Origin: Firmicutes bacterium UBA2598
GTDB taxonomy: Bacteria; Bacillota; PH28-bin88
DNA length: 63,300 nucleotides
Assembly: GCA_002339345.1 (NCBI GenBank)
Contig: DDKM01000032.1
Location: 79,259-142,558, forward strand
Direction: 5' to 3'
Positions within the stretch are counted from its first letter, which is position 1, and every line of letters starts with the position of its first letter. Under the pieces are notes generated by a model. It was not told the DNA's origin and did no database searches. It saw only the letters and a program-made list of their open reading frames with translations. A program made the position numbers and the translations under genes. Positions 45,386 through 54,975 of this stretch are shown here, in pieces.

Positions 45386-46795
45386 CTAATAGCCCACAAG
45401 CCGCAAACCGTTTAAAAGTAAAATCACCATTAGCAGGGCCGGCACCCCGTACTTCAGGTGCCACCGCGGCCCCACCTCAAGGGGGGAACGCCCTGTGATG
45501 CCGGACATCATCACATTGGTGGCGGAAAAGGGGGTGATATTGATGGTAACGGCCCAGGTACAGGCCACCACCACCCCCAGGAAACGGGGTGAAACTCCCA
45601 ACACCACGGGATCCAGGGTAGCCAGTACCGCCACCCCGGTAACAATGGGGTGGACCCCCAAAAGGGAAATTCCCAGCACCAGGGCGGCCACCACCAGGGA
45701 GATGCCCAAGGCATTACCGCCGGACAGGGTATGGACCAGCAGCGGGATGTAGCCATCCAGTCCCGAAGATTTCACCGCCACCGCCAGGAAACCGGCACAG
45801 GTGAACAACACCACCTCGTTTTTCATCCGGGTGAGGATGTTGATGCCGTATTCACTCCTTACCGCCTGCCGCCACTCCGCCAGTTTGCCCAGGTAAAGGG
45901 ACCAGCACAGGGGAAAGAGGATACTCACCAGGGGAACGATGCTGAAGATGCTTAAGCCCGTCTGCCCCTCCAGCACCAGCAGGAAGGCAATCAGGGCCGC
46001 CCCCACAGTCACCAGTTCCAGCAGTTTGCGCCTGCTTCCCCGGTCAAGGGGCATGTCATCCTGGTCTTCTCCCGGCTGCCGGGGGCGGGGACGTAGTGTC
46101 ACCATGCCGAACAGGGAAATGAGCACCGCCATGATAAAGGCCACCGGTCCTATCTCCCAGTATTTGACGTCAAAATAGTGAATGATCAGCGGGATGGCCG
46201 CCATGTTGGGGGACCAGACCACTGCCGTGCTGTAGCCACGGGCCAGGGCCATGGCCAAACGGGGATCCCCGTCGCCCCGTCGCTGAACCAGCATCTGGTA
46301 GATGATGGGCAGTGCCCCCACATTAAGCAGTGAACCTAAAAAGTGGGTGGAAGCCATGGCCACCCCCATCAGGGGCCTTTCCGCCGCCATATACCGGCGG
46401 GAAAAGGCATCAATGGCTTCCAGGTAGCCTCCATAAGAAAGGGGAAGACCCAGCAGGGGTACCAGAATAATCAGGGACAACAGCGCCCTGTTTTCACCAA
46501 AACCGCTCAACCACACCTGCCAACCCGCACCGGAGATAAACAACAGGATGGAGCCCACCCCCAGCAGGGCAACCCCGGTATAACGGGTAGCCTTGGCGGC
46601 CACCGGCATGCATAGCAGCATGGTCACCAGTGCCAGGGGATTGATGACACTCCTGACCGGCAAGTCAAACAGGGAACCGGCGAGACCTAGCAGAGCCAGG
46701 GCCAGAACGGCGAACCGGCGGGAGGTATCCAGCCAGCCCGGGGTTACCGGCAGGGGTTTGATATGGTAATAAACCAGTTTTGCCAAAGGAATCAC
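45386..46795 (-). CDS. Polytopic membrane permease, family unresolved
   Basis: 469 aa that is almost entirely hydrophobic helices. It is the last gene of the glcD-glcF-like operon, abutting glcF with no gap. Confidence 0.65.
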   Translation of the reverse strand: MIPLAKLVYYHIKPLPVTPGWLDTSRRFAVLALALLGLAGSLFDLPVRSVINPLALVTMLLCMPVAAKATRYTGVALLGVGSILLFISGAGWQVWLSGFGENRALLSLIILVPLLGLPLSYGGYLEAIDAFSRRYMAAERPLMGVAMASTHFLGSLLNVGALPIIYQMLVQRRGDGDPRLAMALARGYSTAVVWSPNMAAIPLIIHYFDVKYWEIGPVAFIMAVLISLFGMVTLRPRPRQPGEDQDDMPLDRGSRRKLLELVTVGAALIAFLLVLEGQTGLSIFSIVPLVSILFPLCWSLYLGKLAEWRQAVRSEYGINILTRMKNEVVLFTCAGFLAVAVKSSGLDGYIPLLVHTLSGGNALGISLVVAALVLGISLLGVHPIVTGVAVLATLDPVVLGVSPRFLGVVVACTWAVTINITPFSATNVMMSGITGRSPLEVGPRWHLKYGVPALLMVILLLNGLRLVGY

Positions 46796-48004
46796 CTAAG
46801 GAGTCAGCCTGGCCGCATAGGCTTGGCTGAGAATTTCCACAGTATGGGCCACCCGGACAGCCTGCCCGGCCCGGTCCAAAACCCCCGCCAGCTGCAACTG
46901 GCAGGATGGGCAGCCAGTGGCCACCACCGCCGCCCCGGTCCGGGCCGCCATTTCCGCCTTCAGTCCTCCGATGGCAGCAGCCACTTCCGGGTGAGAAAAG
47001 GCAAAGGTACCGGAACCGCCGCAACAGCGATCAGGCTGCTCCATTTCCCGCAAATCCACACCAGGAATGCAACGGAGGATCTCCCGCGGCTGCTGCCAGA
47101 CCCCCTGGCCCCGCCGCAGGTGGCAGGGATCGTGATAGGTCACCACCGTCTCCACCACCCCCAGATCCCGGTTAAGACCGGTTTCCATGAGGAAGGCGGA
47201 AATATCCCGGACCCTTTGGCTGAACGCCCTGGCGGCGGGGGTGGAAAGTTCATCACCATAGCCGGCCAGCGCCAGGCCGCAGGAAGCACAGGTGGTGACC
47301 ACCGCTTCCACCCGGGCCTGTTCCGCTTGCCTGACCACCATTTCCGCCTGTTGCCGGGCGATACCGGCAGCACCCTGCGCAGCCGCAGGCATACCACAAC
47401 AACCTGGCAGCAATACCACCTCCCCATCATGTTCCCGCAAAACATGGATAGCCGCATCTCCGACCCGGTGCCAGAAATACTGGATCATACAGCCCAAAAA
47501 GTAACCCACCCGGCGGCGGGGCCTGGCCACCGGCAGAACTGCGGGATAATGCTGGGTAAAGGGCTTTCGAGGCACCTGCGGCAACCCCTGCAATGCCGGC
47601 CGGAGTCTGGTGAGTGTTCCCTGGGTCAGCCGGAAAACCCCATGGGCCACCCACATCCGGCGGGGATGGGGCAGAATCCCGGTGGCAGCTAAACGCACCA
47701 GGGACCGCCGGGCCGGCCCCGCCTCCGCCCGGGCCGCCAACACCAGCCTGTCCACCTGTACCCCGTTGGGACAGTGGTGGGTACATGTCTTGCACAGCAG
47801 GCAATATCCCATCAACTCCTGCAAGCGGCGGGAAGGGGACAGGTTGCCGTCCAGCCAGGCTCCGGCCAGCTGCACCTTGGCCCTGGCCACATATGGTTCC
47901 GAACCCTTGGCCAGGAACACCGGGCACACCTCCCGGCAGGCGCCGCATTTGCTGCACCGGTCCACCTGGGCCAGGAGGGTTTCTTTAGTTTTGATCACTG
48001 GCAC
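46796..48004 (-). CDS. GlcF/LutA-like (Fe-S)-binding oxidoreductase subunit (2x4Fe-4S + two CCG domains)
   Basis: CSKCGACREVCP and CLLCKTCTHHCP clusters, plus the CCG motif (RCCGGSG). Confidence 0.85.
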   Translation of the reverse strand: MPVIKTKETLLAQVDRCSKCGACREVCPVFLAKGSEPYVARAKVQLAGAWLDGNLSPSRRLQELMGYCLLCKTCTHHCPNGVQVDRLVLAARAEAGPARRSLVRLAATGILPHPRRMWVAHGVFRLTQGTLTRLRPALQGLPQVPRKPFTQHYPAVLPVARPRRRVGYFLGCMIQYFWHRVGDAAIHVLREHDGEVVLLPGCCGMPAAAQGAAGIARQQAEMVVRQAEQARVEAVVTTCASCGLALAGYGDELSTPAARAFSQRVRDISAFLMETGLNRDLGVVETVVTYHDPCHLRRGQGVWQQPREILRCIPGVDLREMEQPDRCCGGSGTFAFSHPEVAAAIGGLKAEMAARTGAAVVATGCPSCQLQLAGVLDRAGQAVRVAHTVEILSQAYAARLTP

Positions 48005-49379
48005 ACCTCCCCAGGATCTTGCCGGGATTCATGATCCCCTTCGGGTCAAAGGCCTGCTTTAACCTGGTCATGTACTCCATCCCGGCGCTGCCCACCTCCT
48101 GTTTCAGGTAAGGCCGTTTCAGCAGTCCAATCCCGTGCTCGCCGGAAAGGGTGCCGCCCAGCGCCAGGGCGGCCTCGAAAATCTCAGCGATGGCATTCTC
48201 CGCCCTGGCCATTTCCGCCGGATTGCGGCGGTCCACCAGGATATTGGGGTGCAGGTTGCCGTCGCCGGCATGCCCGAAAATGGCGATATCCAGATTGTGC
48301 CGGGCCGCGATTTCCTTCAGCCGGCGGATCATGGCCGGCACCTGGGAACGCGGTACCGTAGCGTCTTCGGAAATTTTGGTGGGCTTGACCTGTACCAGGG
48401 CCGGCGATACCGCCCGCCGGGCCTGCCACAGTTCAGCGCTTTCGCCGGTACTGTGAGCCACCCGGATGTTGCGGGCCCCGTGGCGGCGGCAGATTTCCCC
48501 CACCCTGTTCAGCTGTTGACCAACCGTTTCCCTGGGACCGTCAAGGTCCATGAGCAAGATGGCGGCTGCATCCAGGGGCAAACCGGCAGAGCGATGTTTT
48601 TCCACACACCTGATGGTCACATCGTCCATAATCTCCAGGGCCGCCGGCACAATCCCCTCCGCCAGGATGGCGGTGATGGCGGTGGCGGCAGCATTGAGAT
48701 CAAGGAAATCGGCAAGGATGGTTTGCTTGTGTTCCGGCAATGGCAATAGCCTCAATACCGCCCGGGTGATAATGCCCAGGGTTCCTTCCGATCCGGTAAT
48801 CAGCCTGGTAAGATCGTACCCGGTTACATTCTTGATGGTCCGGCCGCCGGTATTGATCACCCTACCGTCCGGCAGCACCACTTCCAAACCCAGGACATAA
48901 TCCCGGGTGACACCATATTTCAGCCCCCTGGGGCCGCCGGCACATTCCGCCACATTGCCACCTATGGTGGACACCGCTGAACTGGCGGGGTCAGGGGGAT
49001 AAAAGAGCCGTACCGCCTCCGCCGCCTTGTGCAGGGAGCCGGTGACCACTCCAGCTTCCACCACCGCCAGCATATCCACCCTGTCCAGTTCCACCACCCG
49101 GTTTAAGGCGGTCAGGGACACCACCACCCCGTCGGCAAGGGGTACCGATCCGCCGCTCAGGCCGGTCCCCGCTCCCCGCGGCACCAGGGGAATCTCCCGC
49201 TGGTAGGCAAACTCCACCAGTGCGGCCACCTGTTCCGTGTTGCCGGGCTTCACCACCAGCCGGGGAATACCTGTCTTATAGGTACCGTCGTAGGAATAAC
49301 ACAGGCGGTCCTCCACCTGGCTGATGACCCGGTCCGCACCCAACAGGCGGGCCAGGTCCTTTACCAGCACATCCCTCAT
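47985..49379 (-). CDS. FAD-linked oxidase, GlcD family (glycolate / D-lactate dehydrogenase-like)
   Basis: FAD-binding PCMH domain (PRGAGTGLSGG) and C-terminal SGEHGIG. It overlaps the glcF-like start by 20 nt. Confidence 0.9.
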   Translation of the reverse strand: MRDVLVKDLARLLGADRVISQVEDRLCYSYDGTYKTGIPRLVVKPGNTEQVAALVEFAYQREIPLVPRGAGTGLSGGSVPLADGVVVSLTALNRVVELDRVDMLAVVEAGVVTGSLHKAAEAVRLFYPPDPASSAVSTIGGNVAECAGGPRGLKYGVTRDYVLGLEVVLPDGRVINTGGRTIKNVTGYDLTRLITGSEGTLGIITRAVLRLLPLPEHKQTILADFLDLNAAATAITAILAEGIVPAALEIMDDVTIRCVEKHRSAGLPLDAAAILLMDLDGPRETVGQQLNRVGEICRRHGARNIRVAHSTGESAELWQARRAVSPALVQVKPTKISEDATVPRSQVPAMIRRLKEIAARHNLDIAIFGHAGDGNLHPNILVDRRNPAEMARAENAIAEIFEAALALGGTLSGEHGIGLLKRPYLKQEVGSAGMEYMTRLKQAFDPKGIMNPGKILGRCASDQN

Positions 49380-49563
49380 CTTCCTTCCTCCCGCTTTCGC
49401 GTATCAATATTTTGTTATACCTGATCGTTTTCTCTATTTTACACCTTTGCACTGCCGGGCGGAATGGTTTTTTCTCGCTGCAGAAAAGGTTGCCTGGCTA
49501 TGCAAAAAAATAGTAAAATTATCTATATTAGTGTAACATCCGCGGGAAACGGGAGGGGTTTTC

Positions 49564-50625
49564 ATGCTGAACACAATGCAGACCGTCGGACTGGATATGG
49601 GATTCGGATGGATGAAGGTGTGGTCGGGGCCCCAGCAATTCAAATTTCCGGCTGTGGTGGCCCGCGGAAACAGCCGCAACCTGGCCCGAGTAACGGAAAC
49701 CTTCACCCCCGGTCAGCTGGTGTTGGATGTGGAGATTACCGATGAAAACACCGGTCGAACGGAACACTACTTCCTGGGGGATTTGGCCGTCCGGGAAGGA
49801 GAGCAGCCCACCTATGTTTGGGCCAAGAATAAGGTCCAGGACGAAATGGCGGTAGCATGTATGGCCACCTCCCTGGCCCTGGTGGCAGAGAACGACAAGC
49901 AGGACATTTATCTCATCACCGGCCTGCCCATTGCCCATTTCGGTACCCAACTGCGGGAAAACTATGAAAAACACCTACGAGGCAGGCGGTTGACCATCAA
50001 ATTTTTAAGTGGACGCCTCCAGGGCAAGGTCAAACAAATCCGGATACTATCCTCCAAGGTTTTCCCCCAGGGATATGGCGCGTATCTTGACCAACTGATG
50101 GATGACCAGGGTGGGATTGCTAACACGGAGTACCTACGCCCCACAGGGGTATTGGATATCGGTTTTAAAACTTCGGACATCGTTTTCGTGCAGGACATGC
50201 AGCCGGTGGATCGCAACTCCTTTCCCCTTGAACTGGGTATGGCCTGGGCCTATGAACAGGTCCAGCGGCATTTGAGCAGCACTTATGATATTCACAAGTC
50301 TCTAGAAGAAATGGAGGAAATTTTTGAAGAGCGGCAAATACGCATCAACCGGGACTTCCGCCGCATCGACCAGTGGGTGGACAGCGCCTACCAGGCCCTG
50401 ACCGACCGCCTAAAAAATGAGATTGCCCGGAAATGGCTCAACATAACGGATCTGGAAACCATCCTGGTGGCCGGCGGAGGAGGGATTGCCCTCTTTGATT
50501 TCCTGGATTTCCCCCAAAAGGTACTGCCCGCTGAGGCCCAATTCGCCAATGCCAAAGGATTCTGGAAAGCCGGTCAAAAAATCGCTGGAGGGTTGATCAA
50601 TGCTGCAAAACCAGCTGAAGCTTAA
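49564..50625 (+). CDS. ParM/StbA-like actin-family ATPase
   Basis: ASKHA/actin motifs in order: phosphate-1 GLDMGFGWMK, connect ITGLP, phosphate-2 VLDIGFKTSD, adenosine LVAGGGG, then C-terminal ANAKGF. GGGAGGGG SD. Confidence 0.8.
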   Translation: MLNTMQTVGLDMGFGWMKVWSGPQQFKFPAVVARGNSRNLARVTETFTPGQLVLDVEITDENTGRTEHYFLGDLAVREGEQPTYVWAKNKVQDEMAVACMATSLALVAENDKQDIYLITGLPIAHFGTQLRENYEKHLRGRRLTIKFLSGRLQGKVKQIRILSSKVFPQGYGAYLDQLMDDQGGIANTEYLRPTGVLDIGFKTSDIVFVQDMQPVDRNSFPLELGMAWAYEQVQRHLSSTYDIHKSLEEMEEIFEERQIRINRDFRRIDQWVDSAYQALTDRLKNEIARKWLNITDLETILVAGGGGIALFDFLDFPQKVLPAEAQFANAKGFWKAGQKIAGGLINAAKPAEA

Positions 50626-50965
50626 CTGGCAAAGCCGTGACCAACCCATCCTGCAGTGGCTGAATGACTTCCCGCCGGAAAGATGGGAAGTGGTGGTGAA
50701 AGAAGTGTTAAAGGACTACATCTTGTTCGGCGAAGCCACCAATCCCATCCCCACGGTGGATCTCTTAAAATCTCCCCTTCAGGCAGCACGCCTAGCAGCT
50801 GCCCAGGAACCGGCCGGCACTACAGGACAGATGGGGCAACACCCAAAGGAAGAAGAGGTCATTCCCTTACCATCCATTGTCGGTGAACCGTCCAAGACCT
50901 CACCGCCAGTCCTCTCCCGCCAAGAGGCGGAAGCCAAGTTGAAAGACTTTTTGACCAATTTTTAA
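50600..50965 (+). CDS. Small partner protein of the ParM-like gene (121 aa)
   Basis: ATG 8 nt after a GGAGGG SD, overlapping the parM-like 3' end by 26 nt. It has a structured N-terminal ~45 aa, a Pro/Ala/Gly-rich linker and a short amphipathic C-terminal helix (EAEAKLKDFLTNF). Confidence 0.6.
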   Translation: MLQNQLKLNWQSRDQPILQWLNDFPPERWEVVVKEVLKDYILFGEATNPIPTVDLLKSPLQAARLAAAQEPAGTTGQMGQHPKEEEVIPLPSIVGEPSKTSPPVLSRQEAEAKLKDFLTNF

Positions 50966-50984
50966 GGGCACCCCCCGGGTGCCC
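50966..50984. terminator. Bidirectional hairpin between convergent genes
   Basis: GGGCACCC-CCC-GGGTGCCC lies between the stop at 50965 (+) and the stop at 50998 (-). The flanking T-runs are weak. Confidence 0.45.
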
Positions 50985-50997
50985 TTCCCATTTACTT

Positions 50998-52269
50998 TTA
51001 CTCATAAATTTTTTCTTCCGCCAGGTGGGCGTTTAGGGCATCGCCCTCCACATCCCGCCCGGTCCAGCGCTGTTCCTTCATTTGCTGGTAGTACTCGCTC
51101 TGGATGATCAGATCCATCACCTCGTTGGTACCAGTCCAGATCATGATCAGGCGGGTATCCCGCAACAGCCTTTCCACCGGGTAGACATTGGTATAGCCAA
51201 TGCCACCCAGGATCTGCATGGCATGGTTGACCACCTCCCAGGTGGTGTTGGTGGCAAACTTCTTGGCCTCCGACACCAAGCGCCTGGCCAGACTAGCGTC
51301 AACACCGCTGTCCACCGCCCGGGCAGTGGTATAGACCAGGCTGCGGGCGGCATCCAGTTTGGTGACACTGTCCGCCACCTTGAAGGATATTGCCTGGAAA
51401 TCCTTAATCTTGCGGCCAAAGGCCTTTCGTTTGGTGCTGTACCTTGCCGCCACCTCCAGGGCAGCCCGGGCCATTCCCAAAGAACCGGCAGCACTGGTCA
51501 GCCGCTCCGGGATCATCATCCGGTAGAAAATCTCCGCTGCCCCGTTCTCTTTACCCAACAGGTTATCCACCGGCACACGGGCATCCCGGAACACCACCCG
51601 GCCGGTGCCTCCTCCCCTGGTGCCCATCAACCCGTAGAGGTGCTCCACCTTCACACCCGGTCCGCGATCAACCAGCAGGGCGCTGATGGAATGGTGGGGG
51701 TCCGCGCTTTCACCGGTGCGGACATAAACCATGAAGTAGTCTGCCCCCTCCGCCCCGACGATAAAGCGCTTTTGCCCGTTTAGCACATAATGGTCACCCT
51801 CCCGCCGGGCCATAGTGGTGGCTCCGAAAAAGTCGGAACCGCCCCGCGGTTCGGTGAGGGCCTCGGCGCTAACCAGCTTTCCCGCCAGGGTTGGTTTCAG
51901 GTATTTTTCCTTTTGCTCCGCAGTGCCAAACTCGTTGATGGCTTCTCCCACGATGCTGGGCATGGAATAGGCACAGGCCAGGCTGGTACCCAGTATCCCC
52001 ACTTCCTCCAGGGCTACCACCTCATCAGCCCACTGCAGGCCCCGGCCACCGTATTGGGTTGGGAATCTCAACCCCAACAGTCCCTGGGCAGCGGCTGCCT
52101 CCACAAAGCTCCGGGGAAAAACCACCTTGTCCGCATCCATATCCAGAATCAACTGCCGGTCTACCTTTTCCTGCACAAACCGTCGCACTTCCTGGCCCAA
52201 CAACCGCTGCTGCTCATCCAGCAGAAACTCAAACACCAGCCTCGCCTCCCCTTCCCCGTCACTACCCAA
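50998..52269 (-). CDS. Acyl-CoA dehydrogenase
   Basis: ACAD N, M and C domains ([24 protein letters not shown]). The true start is probably a few codons inside the track ORF. Confidence 0.88.
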   Translation of the reverse strand: MGSDGEGEARLVFEFLLDEQQRLLGQEVRRFVQEKVDRQLILDMDADKVVFPRSFVEAAAAQGLLGLRFPTQYGGRGLQWADEVVALEEVGILGTSLACAYSMPSIVGEAINEFGTAEQKEKYLKPTLAGKLVSAEALTEPRGGSDFFGATTMARREGDHYVLNGQKRFIVGAEGADYFMVYVRTGESADPHHSISALLVDRGPGVKVEHLYGLMGTRGGGTGRVVFRDARVPVDNLLGKENGAAEIFYRMMIPERLTSAAGSLGMARAALEVAARYSTKRKAFGRKIKDFQAISFKVADSVTKLDAARSLVYTTARAVDSGVDASLARRLVSEAKKFATNTTWEVVNHAMQILGGIGYTNVYPVERLLRDTRLIMIWTGTNEVMDLIIQSEYYQQMKEQRWTGRDVEGDALNAHLAEEKIYE

Positions 52270-52335
52270 CCTTGTCTAGGTACCCCCTTTACACCACTGA
52301 ATGACACCGGTGCCGGAGCATTTCCACCCGGCTTT

Positions 52336-52737
52336 TTACCCCTCCCCGCCTTCTGCCAGCATGGCCACAAACTTACGCCTGAACTCCAGCATCTCCTCCT
52401 TCATCATGGTCAGATCCCGGATCATCTCGTCAATTTCGGCAATCCGGCGATCACCATACTCGATGGTGCGGCGAAGCTGCTCCTTTTGGGTGGGATCCAC
52501 ATCGTACAGGTCCAGCATTTCTTTAATTTCACTCAAAGAAAAACCAAAGCGTTTCCCCCGCAGGATAAGTTTCAGGCGGGCCCGGTCCCTGGGGGTGTAC
52601 AGGCGCTGCTGCATCTCGTCTAGGCGTAAAGGATGCAGCAACCCCACTTCCTCGTAGTAGCGAATGGTTCGGGTGGTGATGCCAAATTCGTCAGCCAGTT
52701 CGGAAATGGTGTAAATTGGTCCGTTTACCGCTCTCAT
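52336..52737 (-). CDS. MerR-family transcriptional regulator
   Basis: N-terminal wHTH YTISELADEFGITTRTIRYYEEVGLL followed by a coiled-coil dimerisation helix. Confidence 0.88.
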   Translation of the reverse strand: MRAVNGPIYTISELADEFGITTRTIRYYEEVGLLHPLRLDEMQQRLYTPRDRARLKLILRGKRFGFSLSEIKEMLDLYDVDPTQKEQLRRTIEYGDRRIAEIDEMIRDLTMMKEEMLEFRRKFVAMLAEGGEG

Positions 52738-52783
52738 TGTCTTACTCCCCTATCCTGCAAATAAAACGGCATTATATATGAAT

Positions 52784-52812
52784 ATTCTATCATTGCTTTA
52801 CGTTTACGTCAA
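52784..52812 (-). promoter_or_regulatory. Candidate promoter of the merR-like/acyl-CoA dehydrogenase operon
   Basis: Minus strand reads TTGACG (52812-52807), a 17-nt spacer, then TAGAAT (52789-52784). The -35/spacer region contains tandem ACGTAAA heptamers (ACGTAAACGTAAA), the first overlapping the -35 hexamer. Confidence 0.4.
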
Positions 52813-52977
52813 CGATGGCATTGCCGGGTAACAAAAAGTAAACCATGCATAAAACCTAACATAAATGGTTGAGTAGTGTCAAAATAAGGGTGAGAAAGGT
52901 AATGTTTAAGAATAGGTATCTAACGGGTACCATCTTGTTGATCTTTACTCAACTAAAAATAAAAAATTAGTCTAACA

Positions 52978-53008
52978 GTTGGCCCCCACCAAATCGGTGG
53001 GGGCCAAC
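52978..53008 (-). terminator. Strong hairpin downstream of cbiO
   Basis: Perfect 13-bp stem GTTGGCCCCCACC-AAATC-GGTGGGGGCCAAC. On the minus strand the T-run starts about 11 nt after the stem, so terminator function is uncertain. Confidence 0.45.
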
Positions 53009-53054
53009 ATCTATGGAGGTCTCTGGGGACTGCCGAGTAACCCCAGAAAGCTAT

Positions 53055-53885
53055 TTATTTGTGGTGTCCTTCCAAGAGAGTACGCAGGTATTGGGCAGCC
53101 TCCTCTACCCTTTTGGGGTGGGGGGGTGGAAGCATATTCCCCAACCGGCGGAAAATCTGTGTCACCACAGGGAAACGCAATTCCGCCGCCTCCACCAGCG
53201 CTGGATCGGTTAGGAGATCGGTAGAACCTTCCGCCAGGGTTCGCCCTTCCTTAATGATGATCACCTTCTCCGCCCATTCTGCCGCCATATCCACATCATG
53301 GGTGGCTACCACTACCGTGGTACCATCCCTATGGAGCCTGGTCAGGATGGCCAGCAGGTTGTCCTTCCCCCGGGGGTCTAGGTAAGCCATGGGTTCATCC
53401 AGCACAATTACCGAAGGTGACATGGCCAGCACCCCTGCAATGGCTACCCGTTTTTTTTGACCGTAACTCAAATGGTGGGGAGCTTTGGTACGAAGGTCTT
53501 CCATCCCCACCGCCCGCAAAGCCTGACCGGCCCGCCTTTCCACTTCACCTGCGTCCAGGCCCATGTTGACCGGTCCAAAACAGACATCCTCCCAAACGGT
53601 ACCAGCAAAAACCTGATCGTCAGGATCCTGGAACACCAGGCCCACCTGGCTTTTTGCCCATCTCGCGTTTTTCCCGTCCAGGCTGCGGCCAAGCAGCCGG
53701 ACCTTTCCCTGTTGGGGCAGGTAAATACCGTTCAGGTGCAACAAAAATGTGGATTTACCAGCACCGTTGGGGCCAAGGATAGCCACCCTGGCGCCGGTTG
53801 GTATGGTCAGGGTAAGACCCTGCAACGCCTGGGTACCGTCCCGGTAGCGGTAATACAAATCCTCTACTTCAATAACTGCAGCCAC
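53055..53885 (-). CDS. cbiO: ECF/cobalt transporter ATPase component
   Basis: Walker A GPNGAGKST, signature LSYGQKKRVAIAG, Walker B VIVLDEP. Start reset to GTG 53885 (VAAVIEVEDLYY), giving a 22-nt overlap with cbiQ instead of 88 nt. Confidence 0.88.
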   Translation of the reverse strand: MAAVIEVEDLYYRYRDGTQALQGLTLTIPTGARVAILGPNGAGKSTFLLHLNGIYLPQQGKVRLLGRSLDGKNARWAKSQVGLVFQDPDDQVFAGTVWEDVCFGPVNMGLDAGEVERRAGQALRAVGMEDLRTKAPHHLSYGQKKRVAIAGVLAMSPSVIVLDEPMAYLDPRGKDNLLAILTRLHRDGTTVVVATHDVDMAAEWAEKVIIIKEGRTLAEGSTDLLTDPALVEAAELRFPVVTQIFRRLGNMLPPPHPKRVEEAAQYLRTLLEGHHK

Positions 53886-54673
53886 ATCCCGCCCCCTACC
53901 TCCATCATCCGCAAGGTTAAAGCAGCTGCGGTGATCCCGATTCCCCAGCACAAGTCAGAGGCCTTCACCCGCGCACCGGCCCGGACCGGCTGGTGGCCGG
54001 AAAAACCCCTGGCCAACATGGCCTGGTACACCCTGTCCGCTCTGGTGTAGGAGCGGATAAAAAGCACCCCCACCATTTGCGCCAGGGTGGACATGGTCCA
54101 GCTATGCCACAGAAAGCCCCTGGGACGGAAATCCCGGGCTTGACGGGAAAGCTGCATCCGCCTTGCTTCATCTGCCAGCACAAAAAGATAGCGCACGGTA
54201 AACTCCATCAGGGTCACCAGAATGGGTGGTACCCGCAAGCCACGCAAGGCATTCATCAAAACTGGGAAGGGAGTTAAAAAAGTCAAGATACTGGCAGCCA
54301 GCACCCCATTGGCCAGGCGGAGTGCCAGTACCTGAGCCTGCAGTAAACCCTCCCTGGTGGCGACTAGGGCCAGTGGCCCCAATTCCGCCAAAGCCACCCC
54401 CTCACCGGGGACGGTAAAGGGAAGTACAACCAGCATCAAGACTGAAAAGGGAACCACCAATGCCAGACGGCCGGCCAGCAGCCTGACAGGCATTCTGGCA
54501 ATGACCGCCAGCAACCCTATTATGCCCAGGGCGGCCAACAGGTACGGTGTGGCGGACATGCCTGCGGTCAGGATGACAAAGGTCACCATGGCTACAACTT
54601 TAATCCTTGCCTCAACCCTGTGCAAAACGGTCTCCCCGCCCCCTTGCACCATGGGGTCAGCGGTCATGCACAT
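53864..54673 (-). CDS. cbiQ: ECF transporter transmembrane (T) component
   Basis: CbiQ-type polytopic protein with the conserved ARxxR-type loop (LSRQARDFR). Confidence 0.85.
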   Translation of the reverse strand: MCMTADPMVQGGGETVLHRVEARIKVVAMVTFVILTAGMSATPYLLAALGIIGLLAVIARMPVRLLAGRLALVVPFSVLMLVVLPFTVPGEGVALAELGPLALVATREGLLQAQVLALRLANGVLAASILTFLTPFPVLMNALRGLRVPPILVTLMEFTVRYLFVLADEARRMQLSRQARDFRPRGFLWHSWTMSTLAQMVGVLFIRSYTRADRVYQAMLARGFSGHQPVRAGARVKASDLCWGIGITAAALTLRMMEVGGGMWLQLLK

Positions 54674-54972
54674 CGCCCATCCCTCCCCCTGTTGCGCCCC
54701 ACTGCCTTTCCAAGCCCAACAACCACCAGGAATACCAGGAGTACGCCGGCAATCCCGGCCATGGCGGTGGCCAACCCCTCATGGGTCAACCCGGGGAACA
54801 GGTACTCGGCCATGGGAGCTTGCCATACCTCTTGCCCCTCGGCCAGAGCAATAAACCCTTTGTCCTCCGCCACCCTTTCCAGGCCGTCCGGCGCCTGGGA
54901 AGCCAAAGGGGAAAGCAGGACAACGACAAGGAGAATCGCCAGCAGCCAAACCATTGTTTTACGATCCGGCAC
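54664..54972 (-). CDS. PDGLE-domain small membrane protein (CbiN/NikN-position component)
   Basis: Literal PDGLE motif (SQAPDGLERVAEDKGF) between two TM helices. It is located between cbiM and cbiQ. Confidence 0.75.
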   Translation of the reverse strand: MPDRKTMVWLLAILLVVVLLSPLASQAPDGLERVAEDKGFIALAEGQEVWQAPMAEYLFPGLTHEGLATAMAGIAGVLLVFLVVVGLGKAVGRNRGRDGRCA

Positions 54973-54975
54973 CTG

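Noticed and set aside
49380-49563. Search for parC-like centromeric iterons upstream of the ParM-like gene.
   Set aside because: Only generic AT-rich promoter-like sequence is present. I could find no iterated 8-12-bp units by eye, so no centromere is claimed.
52830-52977. AT-rich 150-nt stretch with a distant 8-bp inverted repeat (GTTGAGTA ... TACTCAAC) as a possible small RNA or mobile-element scar.
   Set aside because: The arms are short and about 70 nt apart. There is no promoter-terminator pair or coding signal, so the evidence is insufficient.
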